A program made the position numbers and the translations under genes. From Mycolicibacterium smegmatis (lineage in GTDB: Bacteria; Actinomycetota; Actinomycetes; Mycobacteriales; Mycobacteriaceae), in contig NZ_LN831039.1 of the NCBI RefSeq assembly GCF_001457595.1, positions 3,390,001 through 3,422,000 of the forward strand: a DNA stretch of 32,000 nucleotides, in the 5' to 3' direction. Numbering within the stretch: position 1 is the stretch's first letter; each line of letters starts with the position of its first letter. Below the pieces are notes generated by a model. The model saw nothing but the letters and a program-made list of their open reading frames with translations, ran no database searches and was not told where the DNA came from. Shown in pieces: positions 7,868 through 16,998 of this stretch.

Positions 7868-8851
7868 CTACCGGCGACGCGCCTGCTTGAGTTGCTTTCG
7901 CGTGCGATTCGCCAGGACATTGCCGTGCGCACGTGCGGTTTCGGCGAGTTCCGGGGCGGCCTCACGCGCGGTCTCGGCCAGTTCTGCGCCGCGCCCTCGT
8001 GCCACGTCGGCAAACTCCAGTCCGCGTTTCTGTGCCACGTCGGCAAACTCCAGGCCGCGCTCCCGCGCCACGTCGGCGAGCACCGCGCCCCGCTCGGCAA
8101 GGTGCGCGCTGCGTTCACGGGCGGCCTCGGCGAGTTCGGGGGCGTGTTCTCGGGCCGCGTGAGCCAGTTCCGCAGCACGCTCGCGGGCGATCTCGGCGAG
8201 TTCGCGTCCACGCTCGGCGCCCACGGACAGGCCGTGTCCGAGCTTTTCGGCCACTGCGCTGTCGGCGATCGACTCGCTCGCTGCGGCGCCGGCAGGCAAT
8301 GCGGCCGCCACCGATGCGGTCACCTTGTGTGCCGCGCGGCGACCACGCCAGGCCAGCGACGGCTTGCCCTCGGTGTCCGCGGCGGCGATGATCAGGCCGC
8401 CGATGAGGCTCAGATCGGTGAGGAACTCGCGGCGCTCCTGTGCGGACCGCTGGGGATCGGACTCCTTCCAGAAGCTGTGGGAGCCAAGGCTGCCCGGGAC
8501 GACGCTGAGCGCCAGTGCGGCCGCGGTCAGGCGCGGCATCTTGCCGGACGCCAACAACAGGCCGCCGACGACCTGGACCGCGCCGTTGATCTTGGCGACG
8601 GTCTCGGCGTCGGACGGCACCTTGGATCCGACGGGATCGGGCAGTGAACTCATCATGCCCAACGTGGGTCGGGCCGCGTCGGCGGCCGGTTTGGGGTTCC
8701 GCAGGGCGTCCACTCCGCGGGCGATGAAGGTCGCCGACAACATCGGTCGCGCAATTCTTCTGATCAACATGCGGTATGGAGTTCCCCATCGATCGTGGGG
8801 CAAACCTGACATCCCGAAGGGCGCGTCAACCGGTCGTGGTCGAGACAGCAA
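7868..8851 (-). CDS. DoxX-family membrane protein fused to a C-terminal domain of about 105 aa made of 11-residue repeats
   Basis: DoxX-like core (MLIRRIARPMLSATFIARGVDAL ... INGAVQVVGGLLLASG ... LIGGLIIAAAD). The tail is ERGRELAEIAR/ERAAELAHAAR/EHAPELAEAAR/.../ERGLEFADVAQ/KRGLEFADVAR/GRGAELAETAR/EAAPELAETAR, followed by KQLKQARRR. The TTG start at 8851 follows GGAGGGG; alternative ATGs are at 8812 and 8770. Confidence 0.8.
   Translation of the reverse strand: MLSRPRPVDAPFGMSGLPHDRWGTPYRMLIRRIARPMLSATFIARGVDALRNPKPAADAARPTLGMMSSLPDPVGSKVPSDAETVAKINGAVQVVGGLLLASGKMPRLTAAALALSVVPGSLGSHSFWKESDPQRSAQERREFLTDLSLIGGLIIAAADTEGKPSLAWRGRRAAHKVTASVAAALPAGAAASESIADSAVAEKLGHGLSVGAERGRELAEIARERAAELAHAAREHAPELAEAARERSAHLAERGAVLADVARERGLEFADVAQKRGLEFADVARGRGAELAETAREAAPELAETARAHGNVLANRTRKQLKQARRR
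7898..8215 (-). repeat. In-frame tandem 33-bp coding repeat (about nine units, one irregular)
   Basis: Clear 33-nt periodicity. The best pair shares 22 identical nt, GTGCCACGTCGGCAAACTCCAG, at 7999-8020 and 8032-8053. It encodes the 11-mer repeats of the DoxX tail. Confidence 0.85.
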
Positions 8852-8990
8852 CGGACCCCTCCATCAGTGGCGATGCCGAGCCGGCCGCAGCCGTGCTGAT
8901 CACCTCGACCTTTCCGGCACCGGGCGAGAGCACCGCCCCGAACTCGGCGAACTCGTATGAGGCGTCGCATTCAGAATCCGCCACCAGCAC
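8826..8990 (-). CDS. Possible small ORF (54 codons) in the doxX-xylB divergent spacer
   Basis: GTG at 8990 to TGA at 8826-8828: VLVADSECDASYEFAEFGAVLSPGAGKVEVISTAAAGSASPLMEGSVAVSTTTG. By hand count about 42 of 54 codons end in G/C and first positions are G-rich, which looks coding. There is no Shine-Dalgarno and I recognise no family. It overlaps the TTG start option of doxX by 26 nt. Confidence 0.3.
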   Translation of the reverse strand: MLVADSECDASYEFAEFGAVLSPGAGKVEVISTAAAGSASPLMEGSVAVSTTTG

Positions 8991-9039
8991 GCGTTGCTGA
9001 GCACGCGCGGAAACGGTGCATTGGAGTAGCTTCGCAGGC

Positions 9040-10439
9040 GTGACTCTCGTGGCAGGCATCGACTCCTCTACCCAGTCCTGCAAGATCGTCGTCTGCGACG
9101 CGGACAGCGGTTCCGTGGTGCGCACGGCGTCCTCGCCGCATCCCGGTGGCACCGAGGTGGATCCGGGCCACTGGTGGGACGCGCTGCAACGCACCATCAC
9201 GGCCGTCGGCGGCCTCGACGATGTCGAGGCGGTCTCGGTCGGGGCGCAGCAGCACGGCATGGTCTGCCTGAACTCGTCCGGCCAGGTCGTGCGAGATGCC
9301 CTGTTGTGGAACGACACACGCTCGGCGTCGAGCGCAGACGACCTGGTGTCCGAGCTCGGCGGACCCGACGAATGGGCGAAGACCGTCGGGGTGGTGCCGG
9401 TTGCCGCCATCACCGCGACCAAGCTGCGGTGGCTGGCCGACAACGAACCCGAGAACGCCGACGCGACCGCCGCGGTGTGCCTTCCGCACGACTGGCTCGG
9501 TTGGCGGCTGACCGGTTCGAACGATCTGGCCGATCTGCGCACCGACCGCAGCGACGCCAGCGGCACCGGATACTTCTCGGCCGAGACCGACTCCTATCGC
9601 ACCGACCTGCTCGAACTCGCGATGCGCGGCAGGACCCCTGCGCTGCCGACCGTGCTCGGCCCGCGCGACGTCGCAGGCCGGCTGCCCTCGGGCGCGATCC
9701 TCGGTCCGGGCGCAGGCGACAACGCCGCCGCCGCGCTGGGGCTCGGCGCCGGTCCCGGCGACTGCATCGTGTCGCTGGGCACCTCGGGCGTGGTCAGCGC
9801 GGTCGGCGACGCGGCACCCCACGACCCGGAGGGCATCGTCGCGGGCTTTGCCGACGCGAGCGGCCGCCAGCTGCCGCTCGTGTGCACGCTCAACGGTGCA
9901 CCGGTGCTGGCCGCGACCGCCGCGATGCTGCAGGTGGACTTCGACGAGTTCGACCGGCTGGCGCTCTCGGCCCCGCGGGGTGCAGACGGGCTGACGCTCG
10001 TGCCGTATCTGGAGGGGGGGAACGGTCACCCAACCTGCCTCGCGCTCGCGGCGCGCTGCACGGCGTCACGACGCGAAACTTCAGCCCTGCCAACGTCGCC
10101 CGCGCCGGGGTCGAGGGCCTGCTGGCGTCGATGGCGTTCTGCATCGACAAGATCGTCAGCTACGGCGTCGACATCGAACGCATCATCCTGGTCGGCGGCG
10201 GCGCCCGTTCCGAGGCCGTGCGGCGCATCGCCCCCGCGATCTGGGGCAGGCCCGTCGACGTCCCCCCACCGGGCGAGTACGTCGCGCTGGGCGCGGCCCG
10301 GCAAGCGGCATGGGCTCTGGGGCAACAGGATTCGCCACCGGCCTGGCAGGTCGGATCGACCACCACCTACACCGCCGAGCACGCACCACAGGTCCTCGAA
10401 CAGTATCTCGCCGCGCAGCCGCTGACGCTGGGGCAGTGA
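9040..10439 (+). pseudogene. xylB: Xylulokinase-like FGGY carbohydrate kinase, reading frame broken in a G7 homopolymer (10014-10020)
   Basis: The N-terminal 325 aa ([18 protein letters not shown] ... [10 protein letters not shown]) are in the frame of ORF 9016. The conserved continuation [17 protein letters not shown] ... [27 protein letters not shown] ... is in the frame of ORF 9174 and ends at 10439. The switch falls at GAGGGGGGGAACGG. Five or eight G would restore PYLEG(G)ERSPN, matching PYLAGERTPVFDP in the intact paralogue at 13725. Confidence 0.75.
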
Positions 10440-10616
10440 GATACGCCGGGCGAACCCGGCCGCGAATCTCGTTCGACGGCAACAGCAGTGGCTGGTCGAC
10501 CACGTCGCCGATGACCAGGCATAAAATCGCGGCGGGCCTAACGGTTGGCGTTTGCGTCACCACGGCCTAGCGTGTGCCGCGACACCGAGACCGTCCCACC
10601 CGAGAGGAATGCGAGC

Positions 10617-11837
10617 ATGTCCCTGCACACCGCGGTGAGCCTGCCAGGCAGCGCACCGCACCCCGATGTGATCACGGACCTGCTCGGGCGGATCAGCGCC
10701 GATCACCGCCGCCGCCTCGACGACGGCGGGCACGAGCCCCCGTCGCTCGGCGTGGAGCTGGTCAAGGCACACCGCGTGGGCGCGGCGCCCCTGGACCGCG
10801 ACCTCGGCGGTTGGGGTTTGTCGACCGAGGAGTTCTTCGACCTGGTCATGGCGCTGGGCGAGGCCGACCCGGATCTTGCGCACATCCTGCGCGTGCATTT
10901 CTCGGTGGTCGAGGAACTGCAGCGGGCACCTCGCAGGCCCAACGCCGAGCGCTGGATCGCCGTGGTCGCCGACGGTGGGCTCATCGGTGGCGTCACCTCC
11001 GAGCAGAGCACCAACCAGGTGGGCGGCCAGACCTACGACACGCGCCTGATCCGCACCGACGACGGACGACTGATCCTGCGCGGGCGCAAGTACTACAGCA
11101 CGGGCGCACAGTATTCCGACCACCTGCGGGTCAGCGCCCAGGGTGACGACGGTGCGCCCGTCGGCGCGATCATCCCCGCCGACCGTGTGGGCGTGGTCCA
11201 CACCGACGACTGGGACGGTATCGGCCAGCGCCACACCGGCAGCGGAACCACTGTGCTCGACGACGTCGTCGTCCACGACGACGAACTGTTCCCGCTGGGC
11301 ACCAAGGTGGGTGTCGACCGACCCCGCGGCGCGCTCCTACAGCTGTATCTGCACGCGATCGCCGCGGGCATCCTGCGCAGCCTGCGCACGGACGCCGTCG
11401 CGCTGGTGCGCGGCAGGCAGCGCAGCTACACCTTCGCCACCGAGGCCTCGCCGACCGCCGATCCGCAGCTGCTGCAGGTGGTCGGCGAGATCGATGCGGT
11501 GGCGTACGCAGCGTCGGCCGTGGTGCGCAGCGCTGCACGCGAACTCGGGGTCGCGCTGCAGGCAGCGAGGGCCGGCGGTTTCGACCACGAGCTCGAACAT
11601 CGGGCCTCGGTCGCGGCCGCGCGGGTCAAGGTCGCGATCGAGGAACCCGCGCTGCGTGCCGCGGGCCGCATCTTCGACGTGGGCGGGGCGTCGGCCATCC
11701 GGGCGTCGGCGAACCTGGACCGGCACTGGCGCAACCTGCGCACACTGTTCTCGCACAACCCGACCGTCTACAAGGCACGCGTCCTCGGGGACGTCGCCGT
11801 CAACCACGCACCCCTCCCGGACAGCAGCTTCTTCTGA
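10617..11837 (+). CDS. Acyl-CoA dehydrogenase-fold flavoprotein (SfnB/DszC-like oxidoreductase)
   Basis: ATG at 10617 after GAGAGGA. Central beta-domain motif YYSTGAQYSDHL ... DDWDGIGQRHTGSGTTVLDDVVV, and a C-terminal helical domain ending RHWRNLRTLFSHNP. Confidence 0.8.
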   Translation: MSLHTAVSLPGSAPHPDVITDLLGRISADHRRRLDDGGHEPPSLGVELVKAHRVGAAPLDRDLGGWGLSTEEFFDLVMALGEADPDLAHILRVHFSVVEELQRAPRRPNAERWIAVVADGGLIGGVTSEQSTNQVGGQTYDTRLIRTDDGRLILRGRKYYSTGAQYSDHLRVSAQGDDGAPVGAIIPADRVGVVHTDDWDGIGQRHTGSGTTVLDDVVVHDDELFPLGTKVGVDRPRGALLQLYLHAIAAGILRSLRTDAVALVRGRQRSYTFATEASPTADPQLLQVVGEIDAVAYAASAVVRSAARELGVALQAARAGGFDHELEHRASVAAARVKVAIEEPALRAAGRIFDVGGASAIRASANLDRHWRNLRTLFSHNPTVYKARVLGDVAVNHAPLPDSSFF

Positions 11838-11870
11838 TCCACGCGTGACGGCCCACGCCGACCGTGAACA

Positions 11871-12815
11871 ATGGTCGGCGTGGACACCCGCCGCCTGCGC
11901 CTGTTGCTGGCCCTGTCGCGGCTGGGTTCGATGCGTGCGGTCGCCGATGCGTTCTCGTTGACCACCTCGACGGTGTCGCAGCAGCTCGCGGCGCTCGCCA
12001 AGGAGACCGACACACAGCTCATCGAGCCCGACGGACGCCGCGTCCGTCTCACGCCCGCAGGCCGGCGGCTCGCCGACCACGCGGTGACCATCCTGGCCGC
12101 GGTCGACGCGGCGAGGCTCGACCTGGATCCCGACGCCGAACCCGCGGGGACGCTGCGCGTGGGCGGTTTCGCGACGGGTCTGCGGGTGTCGCTGCTGCCG
12201 ATCCTGCGCGAGCTCGGCCGGACGCATCCCAGCGTCGAGGTCGAGATCAGTGAGTACGAGCCCTTGGAGGCGTTCGAACTGCTGGTCGACGACGACCTCG
12301 ACCTCGCGCTCACCTATGAGTACGACCTCGCGCCCGCGTCACCGGACCCGGTGCTCGAGGCGTTCCCGCTGTGGTCGACGCCGTGGGGGCTGGGCGTCCC
12401 GAGCAGCGAGGTCACCGCCGGCACCGCGACGGCCGACATCAGGAACTACGCCGACCGGTGGTGGATCGTCAACTCCCGCAACACGGCCGACGAGGACGCG
12501 GTGCGCACGCTGGCCTCGCTCGCGGGCTTCCGCCCGCGCATCGCGCATCAGATCGACAGCCTCGACCTGCTGGAGGACCTGATCCTCGAGGGCTTCGGGG
12601 TGGGTCTGTTGCCCATCACGCGGGCGGTCCGCGACGGTGTCACGGTCATGCCGATGTCGGATCCGAAGGTGGTTCTGACGGCGTTCGCCGTCGTCCGCCG
12701 CGGGCGGTCCACGTGGCCACCGCTGCGGCTGGTTCTGGACCGTCTGCGCCCGCCCGACGGGCGCCCGGTGCCGTTGATGTCGTGGCCGCGGCCCACGGTG
12801 CACGGGTCCGGGTGA
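11871..12815 (+). CDS. LysR-family transcriptional regulator
   Basis: N-terminal HTH (LRLLLALSRLGSMRAVADAFSLTTSTVSQQLAALAKE) plus a LysR substrate-binding domain. Confidence 0.9.
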   Translation: MVGVDTRRLRLLLALSRLGSMRAVADAFSLTTSTVSQQLAALAKETDTQLIEPDGRRVRLTPAGRRLADHAVTILAAVDAARLDLDPDAEPAGTLRVGGFATGLRVSLLPILRELGRTHPSVEVEISEYEPLEAFELLVDDDLDLALTYEYDLAPASPDPVLEAFPLWSTPWGLGVPSSEVTAGTATADIRNYADRWWIVNSRNTADEDAVRTLASLAGFRPRIAHQIDSLDLLEDLILEGFGVGLLPITRAVRDGVTVMPMSDPKVVLTAFAVVRRGRSTWPPLRLVLDRLRPPDGRPVPLMSWPRPTVHGSG

Positions 12816-12873
12816 GGTGATCTTGACCGGTCCCCGCTGCGGCGGGACGGTGCACGTGTGCGACGATGCGCCG

Positions 12874-13698
12874 ATGACCGAGGTTGTCGCCCATTTCACG
12901 CAGTCCGACGCCGACAGATTCCAACCGACGCGGTTTGCGCAGAGCCATTGGGGCGAAGACCACCTCAACGGTCCGGCACTGGTCGGCCTTGCCGCGCACG
13001 CCCTGGAGAACGCCTTCGGCCTGCCCGAGTTCCTGCCCTCCCGGTTGACCGTTGACCTGTTCCGGGCGGCGCGCGGTGTCGAGACCACGACCAAGGTCGC
13101 GCTGGTGCGCGACGGCCGCCGGGTGCGCAACTCCGAGTGCGAACTGATCCAGAACGGCGTGACCGTTGCCAGGGCCACGCTGGTGCAGTACCGCCGCTCT
13201 GAGGCGCCGCGCGGTGACGAATGGCGGCCGGCGCCGGAGTTCGAACCCCCTGCCGATGTCGACACCCCGGCCGACCGCACGACGTACATGGGCAGTGACG
13301 AGGGTGGCTGGAGCCGGGCGATCGCCGATCACCAGAACGCGTCGCGCAAGCGTTTCATCAACCGCACCATCACGGTCGTGGAGGGACAGGTGAACTCGCC
13401 GTTCGTCCGCACCGCGATGGCGGCCGAGGGCACGAGCCTGGTGACCAATCTCGGTACCCACGGCGTGGGGTACATCAACGGTGATCTGACCGTGGCCCTG
13501 TCTCGGCTGCCGCGCGACGAATGGATCGGCGTGCAGGCCGATTCCCACTGGACCTCCGACGGGATCGCGGTGGGCTCGGCGACGCTGTTCGACAGGGTGG
13601 GTGCGTTCGGCACGGGTCTGGTCACCGCGGTCAGCAATCCGGCCGCCCAGATCGACTTCGCCAACGATCCCTTTCCCGACCGCACCGCACCACGCTGA
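12874..13698 (+). CDS. Thioesterase-like (double hot-dog, acyl-CoA thioesterase-type) protein
   Basis: ATG at 12874 (MTEVVAHFTQSDADRFQPTRFAQSHWGEDHLNGPALVGLAAHA...). The length and N-terminal pattern resemble the actinobacterial thioesterase-like superfamily. The product call is moderate. Confidence 0.7.
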   Translation: MTEVVAHFTQSDADRFQPTRFAQSHWGEDHLNGPALVGLAAHALENAFGLPEFLPSRLTVDLFRAARGVETTTKVALVRDGRRVRNSECELIQNGVTVARATLVQYRRSEAPRGDEWRPAPEFEPPADVDTPADRTTYMGSDEGGWSRAIADHQNASRKRFINRTITVVEGQVNSPFVRTAMAAEGTSLVTNLGTHGVGYINGDLTVALSRLPRDEWIGVQADSHWTSDGIAVGSATLFDRVGAFGTGLVTAVSNPAAQIDFANDPFPDRTAPR

Positions 13699-13724
13699 GC
13701 ACCCCGCGTCGTAGGGTTGTCGGC

Positions 13725-15206
13725 GTGGACTTGCTGCTCGGAATCGACATGGGCACCGGTAGCACCAAGGGCGTACTCGTCGACGCGTCGGGGTCGGTGA
13801 TCGCCACCGAGACCGTTTCGCACTCCATGGACCTCCCGCGCCCCGGCTGGGCCGAGGTCGACGCCGAGAAGCTGTGGTGGGCCGAGGTGTGCCAGATCGC
13901 CTCGAAGTTGATGGCGCAGATGCCCAGCGGCGGCGTGCTCGCCGGGATGTGCGTCAGCGGGGTCGGCCCGTGCCTCGTGCTGTGCGACGACGACCTGCGC
14001 CCGCTGCGGCCCGCCATCCTGTACGGCATCGACACGCGCGCGTCCGAGGAGATCGAGGCCCTCACCGCCGAGTTCGGCGCCGAGGCGATCCTGGACCGCG
14101 CAGGCACGGTGCTGTCCAGCCAGGCCGTGGGCCCGAAACTGGAGTGGGTGCGCCGTCACGAGCCCGAGGTGTTCGAACGCGCCACCGGGTGGTACGGCTC
14201 CAATTCCTATATCGCCGCCAAGCTCACCGGCGAGTACGTGATGGACCACCACACCGCCAGCCAGTGCGATCCGCTGTACGCGACCCGCCGGTTCGAGTGG
14301 AACAAGCCTTGGGCACAACGGATTTGCGGGCACCTGCCACTGCCCAGGCTGGTCTGGCCCGCCGATGTGGTGGGCACCGTGACACCGGAGGCCGCCGCAG
14401 CCACAGGTGTCCCCGCGGGCACCCCGGTGTCGGCGGGCACCGTCGACGCGTACTCCGAGGCGTTCTCGGTCGGTGTGCGACGGCCGGGCGATCAGATGCT
14501 CATGTACGGCTCGACCATGTTCCTCGTGCAGGTCATCGACGCCTACCACAGCGATCCGGTGCTGTGGACCACCGCGGGCATCGAGCACGACACGCTGGCG
14601 CTCGCGGCGGGCACCTCGACGGCGGGCAGCCTGATCAACTGGCTGCAGTCGGTGACCGGCGGCGCCTCGTTCGACGAACTCATGGCCGAGGCCGCCGATG
14701 TGCCGCCGGGCAGCGAAGGGCTGCTGGTGCTGCCGTACCTGGCGGGGGAGCGCACCCCGGTGTTCGACCCGCAGGCCCGGGGCGTGGTGGCCGGGCTGAC
14801 GCTGCGACACGGCCGCGGTCATCTGTTCCGCGCTGCGTACGAAGGGATCTCGTTCGGCATCCGCCAGATCCTGGAACGGTTCGACGACGCGCACACCGCG
14901 AGCCGGACGGTCGCCGTCGGCGGCGGGTTGCGCAGCCCGATCTGGGCGCAGACCGTCAGCGACGTGACCGGACGCCCCCAGCTGGTGCCGGAACAGGCGA
15001 TCGGTGCGAGTTACGGTGACGCGCTGCTCGCGGCGATCGGGGTCGGGCTGGTGCCTGCCGACACGGACTGGGCGAAGATCGCCGCCGAGATCAAGCCGGA
15101 TCCGCGCAACCACGCCCTCTACGAGGATCTGTACGCGACGTGGCAGGAGCTCTACCCGGCCACCCGCGATCAGGTGCACCGGCTGGCCGGTCAGCCCATC
15201 GTGTAG
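13725..15206 (+). CDS. FGGY-family carbohydrate (ketose/polyol) kinase
   Basis: GTG at 13725 (VDLLLGIDMGTGSTKGVLVD). FGGY N- and C-domains are present (LPYLAGERTPVFDP, VAVGGGLRSPIWAQTVSDVTG). The 3' end overlaps the convergent SDR gene by 16 nt. Confidence 0.88.
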   Translation: MDLLLGIDMGTGSTKGVLVDASGSVIATETVSHSMDLPRPGWAEVDAEKLWWAEVCQIASKLMAQMPSGGVLAGMCVSGVGPCLVLCDDDLRPLRPAILYGIDTRASEEIEALTAEFGAEAILDRAGTVLSSQAVGPKLEWVRRHEPEVFERATGWYGSNSYIAAKLTGEYVMDHHTASQCDPLYATRRFEWNKPWAQRICGHLPLPRLVWPADVVGTVTPEAAAATGVPAGTPVSAGTVDAYSEAFSVGVRRPGDQMLMYGSTMFLVQVIDAYHSDPVLWTTAGIEHDTLALAAGTSTAGSLINWLQSVTGGASFDELMAEAADVPPGSEGLLVLPYLAGERTPVFDPQARGVVAGLTLRHGRGHLFRAAYEGISFGIRQILERFDDAHTASRTVAVGGGLRSPIWAQTVSDVTGRPQLVPEQAIGASYGDALLAAIGVGLVPADTDWAKIAAEIKPDPRNHALYEDLYATWQELYPATRDQVHRLAGQPIV

Positions 15207-15979
15207 CCGCCGTCGACGGGGATGTCGACGCCGTTGATCATGCTGGCCGCGTCGGAGGCGAGCCACACCACCGCGTCGGAAACCTCATGAGGAACCGCGA
15301 AGCGGCCCAACGGGATCCGTGCGATCATCGGCGCCGACTTGGCCTCGTCGCCCCACACCCGCTGACCCATCTCGGTCAGCACCACCGTCGGGCACACCGA
15401 GTTGGCGCGGATGCCGTGGGGACCGAGCTCGCGGGCAAGCACCTTGGTCGCCATCACCAGGCCGGCCTTGGACGTGCAGTACGCGTAGTGGTCGGGCAGA
15501 GGTGCCAGCGCGGCGGCCGAGGCCACCGTGATGATCGCCCCGCCCTCGCCTGCCGCCACCATGGCTTTGCCCACCGCCGAGGCCAGCAGTGCCGGGGCGC
15601 GCAGGTTGACCGCGATGGTGGCGTCGAACAGCTGGGGATCGGTGTCGACGACGGGCTGTGGATGCGAGATCCCGGCGTTGTTCACCAGCACGTCCAGACC
15701 ACCGAACGCCTCGGCGGCGCGCCGGGCCAACTCGGCGGGTGCGTCGGGTTCGGCGAGATCGATCGCGACGGTGTGCACGTCGGTGCCGAACTGTTCGCCG
15801 AGAGCCCTTCGGGCGGCGTCGAGTTCGCTCACGTCGCGGCCGCTGAGCACAAGCCGTGCGCCCGCAGCGGCGAACGCGCGGGCGATGTCGGCGCCGATGC
15901 CCTTGGTGGCACCGGTGATCAGGGCGCGTTTGCCGTCGAGGCGCAGAACGCCGGCGTAGCGGTCGTCGGTGGTGGTCAC
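15191..15979 (-). CDS. Short-chain dehydrogenase/reductase (polyol dehydrogenase candidate)
   Basis: GTG at 15979. TGATKGIGADIA cofactor motif, NNAG, catalytic YCTSK. The start overlaps the SorC gene stop (GTGA at 15976-15979). Confidence 0.88.
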   Translation of the reverse strand: MTTTDDRYAGVLRLDGKRALITGATKGIGADIARAFAAAGARLVLSGRDVSELDAARRALGEQFGTDVHTVAIDLAEPDAPAELARRAAEAFGGLDVLVNNAGISHPQPVVDTDPQLFDATIAVNLRAPALLASAVGKAMVAAGEGGAIITVASAAALAPLPDHYAYCTSKAGLVMATKVLARELGPHGIRANSVCPTVVLTEMGQRVWGDEAKSAPMIARIPLGRFAVPHEVSDAVVWLASDAASMINGVDIPVDGGYTMG

Positions 15980-16998
15980 TGAGACTCCGTGTGTTCGAGG
16001 ATGGCGGCCGCGGTGGCCGGGTCGGTCACGAGCTGGTTGAAATATCCGCCGCGCGCACCCGCCACGATCGACTCGACCTTGTCCTTGCCGATCGCGACCG
16101 CGATGGTCACCGGGATATGGCGCAGCGCTTCGAGTTCCACCGCGATCAGGCGGTCGCTGCCGTCGAACCCGACGGGGTCGCCGTCGCGGTCGAAGAAGCG
16201 GGAGCACACGTCGCCCACCGCCGACCGCAGCGAACTCGACCCGGTCGGGACGAACCTGGGGATGTCGGAGCGCAGCAGCGGCGGTGCGCCGACGCCCATC
16301 AGGGCGCAGCGGGCCTTGGGCCACAGATGCAGCACGCGCTGGATGCTCGGGTCGTTGATCAGCGACGGGTACAGGTCCGGGCCCGGAAGTGCCGGTGCGA
16401 ACAGGTAATTGGGCCTGCCGTTGATCCGGTTGGAGACCAGGCGCGTGATCTCGTTGGTCTGGTACCACTCCTCGGGTTGGTCGTTGCCGCCGACCGTGGG
16501 CGCGACCTGTACACCGGGCAGGTCGACGAGTTCGTATTGCGCGACCTCGTAGACGGTGCGGCCCGAGGACACCAGCAGGACGTCGCCGGGCAGCAGACCC
16601 GCGGCGGCCAGTGCCCGCGCGACGGCGGGCGCGAGGGCGGCGCCCATGACGTCGACGGCGGTACGGCCCGGACCCGGATTCGGCAGCGGGTGGCTGAGGA
16701 ACACCGTGTTGAGTGACAGGGCGCGGGTTAGCTGGTCGGCGATGTCACCGGAGCCCAGCTGATCGGGCGGGACCACCTCGATGCGCACGATGCCGCGCCG
16801 CTTCGCTTCCGCCAGAATCCGGCTCACGGTCGCGCGGCTGGTGCCGAGCTGCGCGGCGACCTCGGCCTGGGTCGCGTCCTCGGTGTAGTAGAGCTTTGCG
16901 GCGGTGTACAGCAGCGAGGCGGGGAAATGGCCGGATTCGGCGTCGGAGGTCGGGCCGTCGGCGTTTGTCGGTGGCGATGGCTGGGCGGACCGGGGCAC
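15976..16998 (-). CDS. SorC/DeoR-type sugar-binding transcriptional regulator
   Basis: GTG at 16998. HTH TQAEVAAQLGTSRATVSRILAEAKRRGIVRIEV, followed by a sugar-phosphate-binding domain. Divergent from the polyol operon. Confidence 0.88.
   Translation of the reverse strand: MPRSAQPSPPTNADGPTSDAESGHFPASLLYTAAKLYYTEDATQAEVAAQLGTSRATVSRILAEAKRRGIVRIEVVPPDQLGSGDIADQLTRALSLNTVFLSHPLPNPGPGRTAVDVMGAALAPAVARALAAAGLLPGDVLLVSSGRTVYEVAQYELVDLPGVQVAPTVGGNDQPEEWYQTNEITRLVSNRINGRPNYLFAPALPGPDLYPSLINDPSIQRVLHLWPKARCALMGVGAPPLLRSDIPRFVPTGSSSLRSAVGDVCSRFFDRDGDPVGFDGSDRLIAVELEALRHIPVTIAVAIGKDKVESIVAGARGGYFNQLVTDPATAAAILEHTESQ

Noticed and set aside
7898-8215. The regular 33-bp repeats could be mistaken for a CRISPR array.
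   Set aside because: The units are contiguous with no unique spacers, they diverge from one another, and they sit in frame inside the DoxX gene, where they encode 11-residue repeats.
10011-10023. Programmed ribosomal frameshifting in the xylulokinase-like gene.
   Set aside because: No recoding is known for FGGY kinases, and there is no slippery heptamer with a downstream structure. A homopolymer indel or sequencing error is the simpler explanation.
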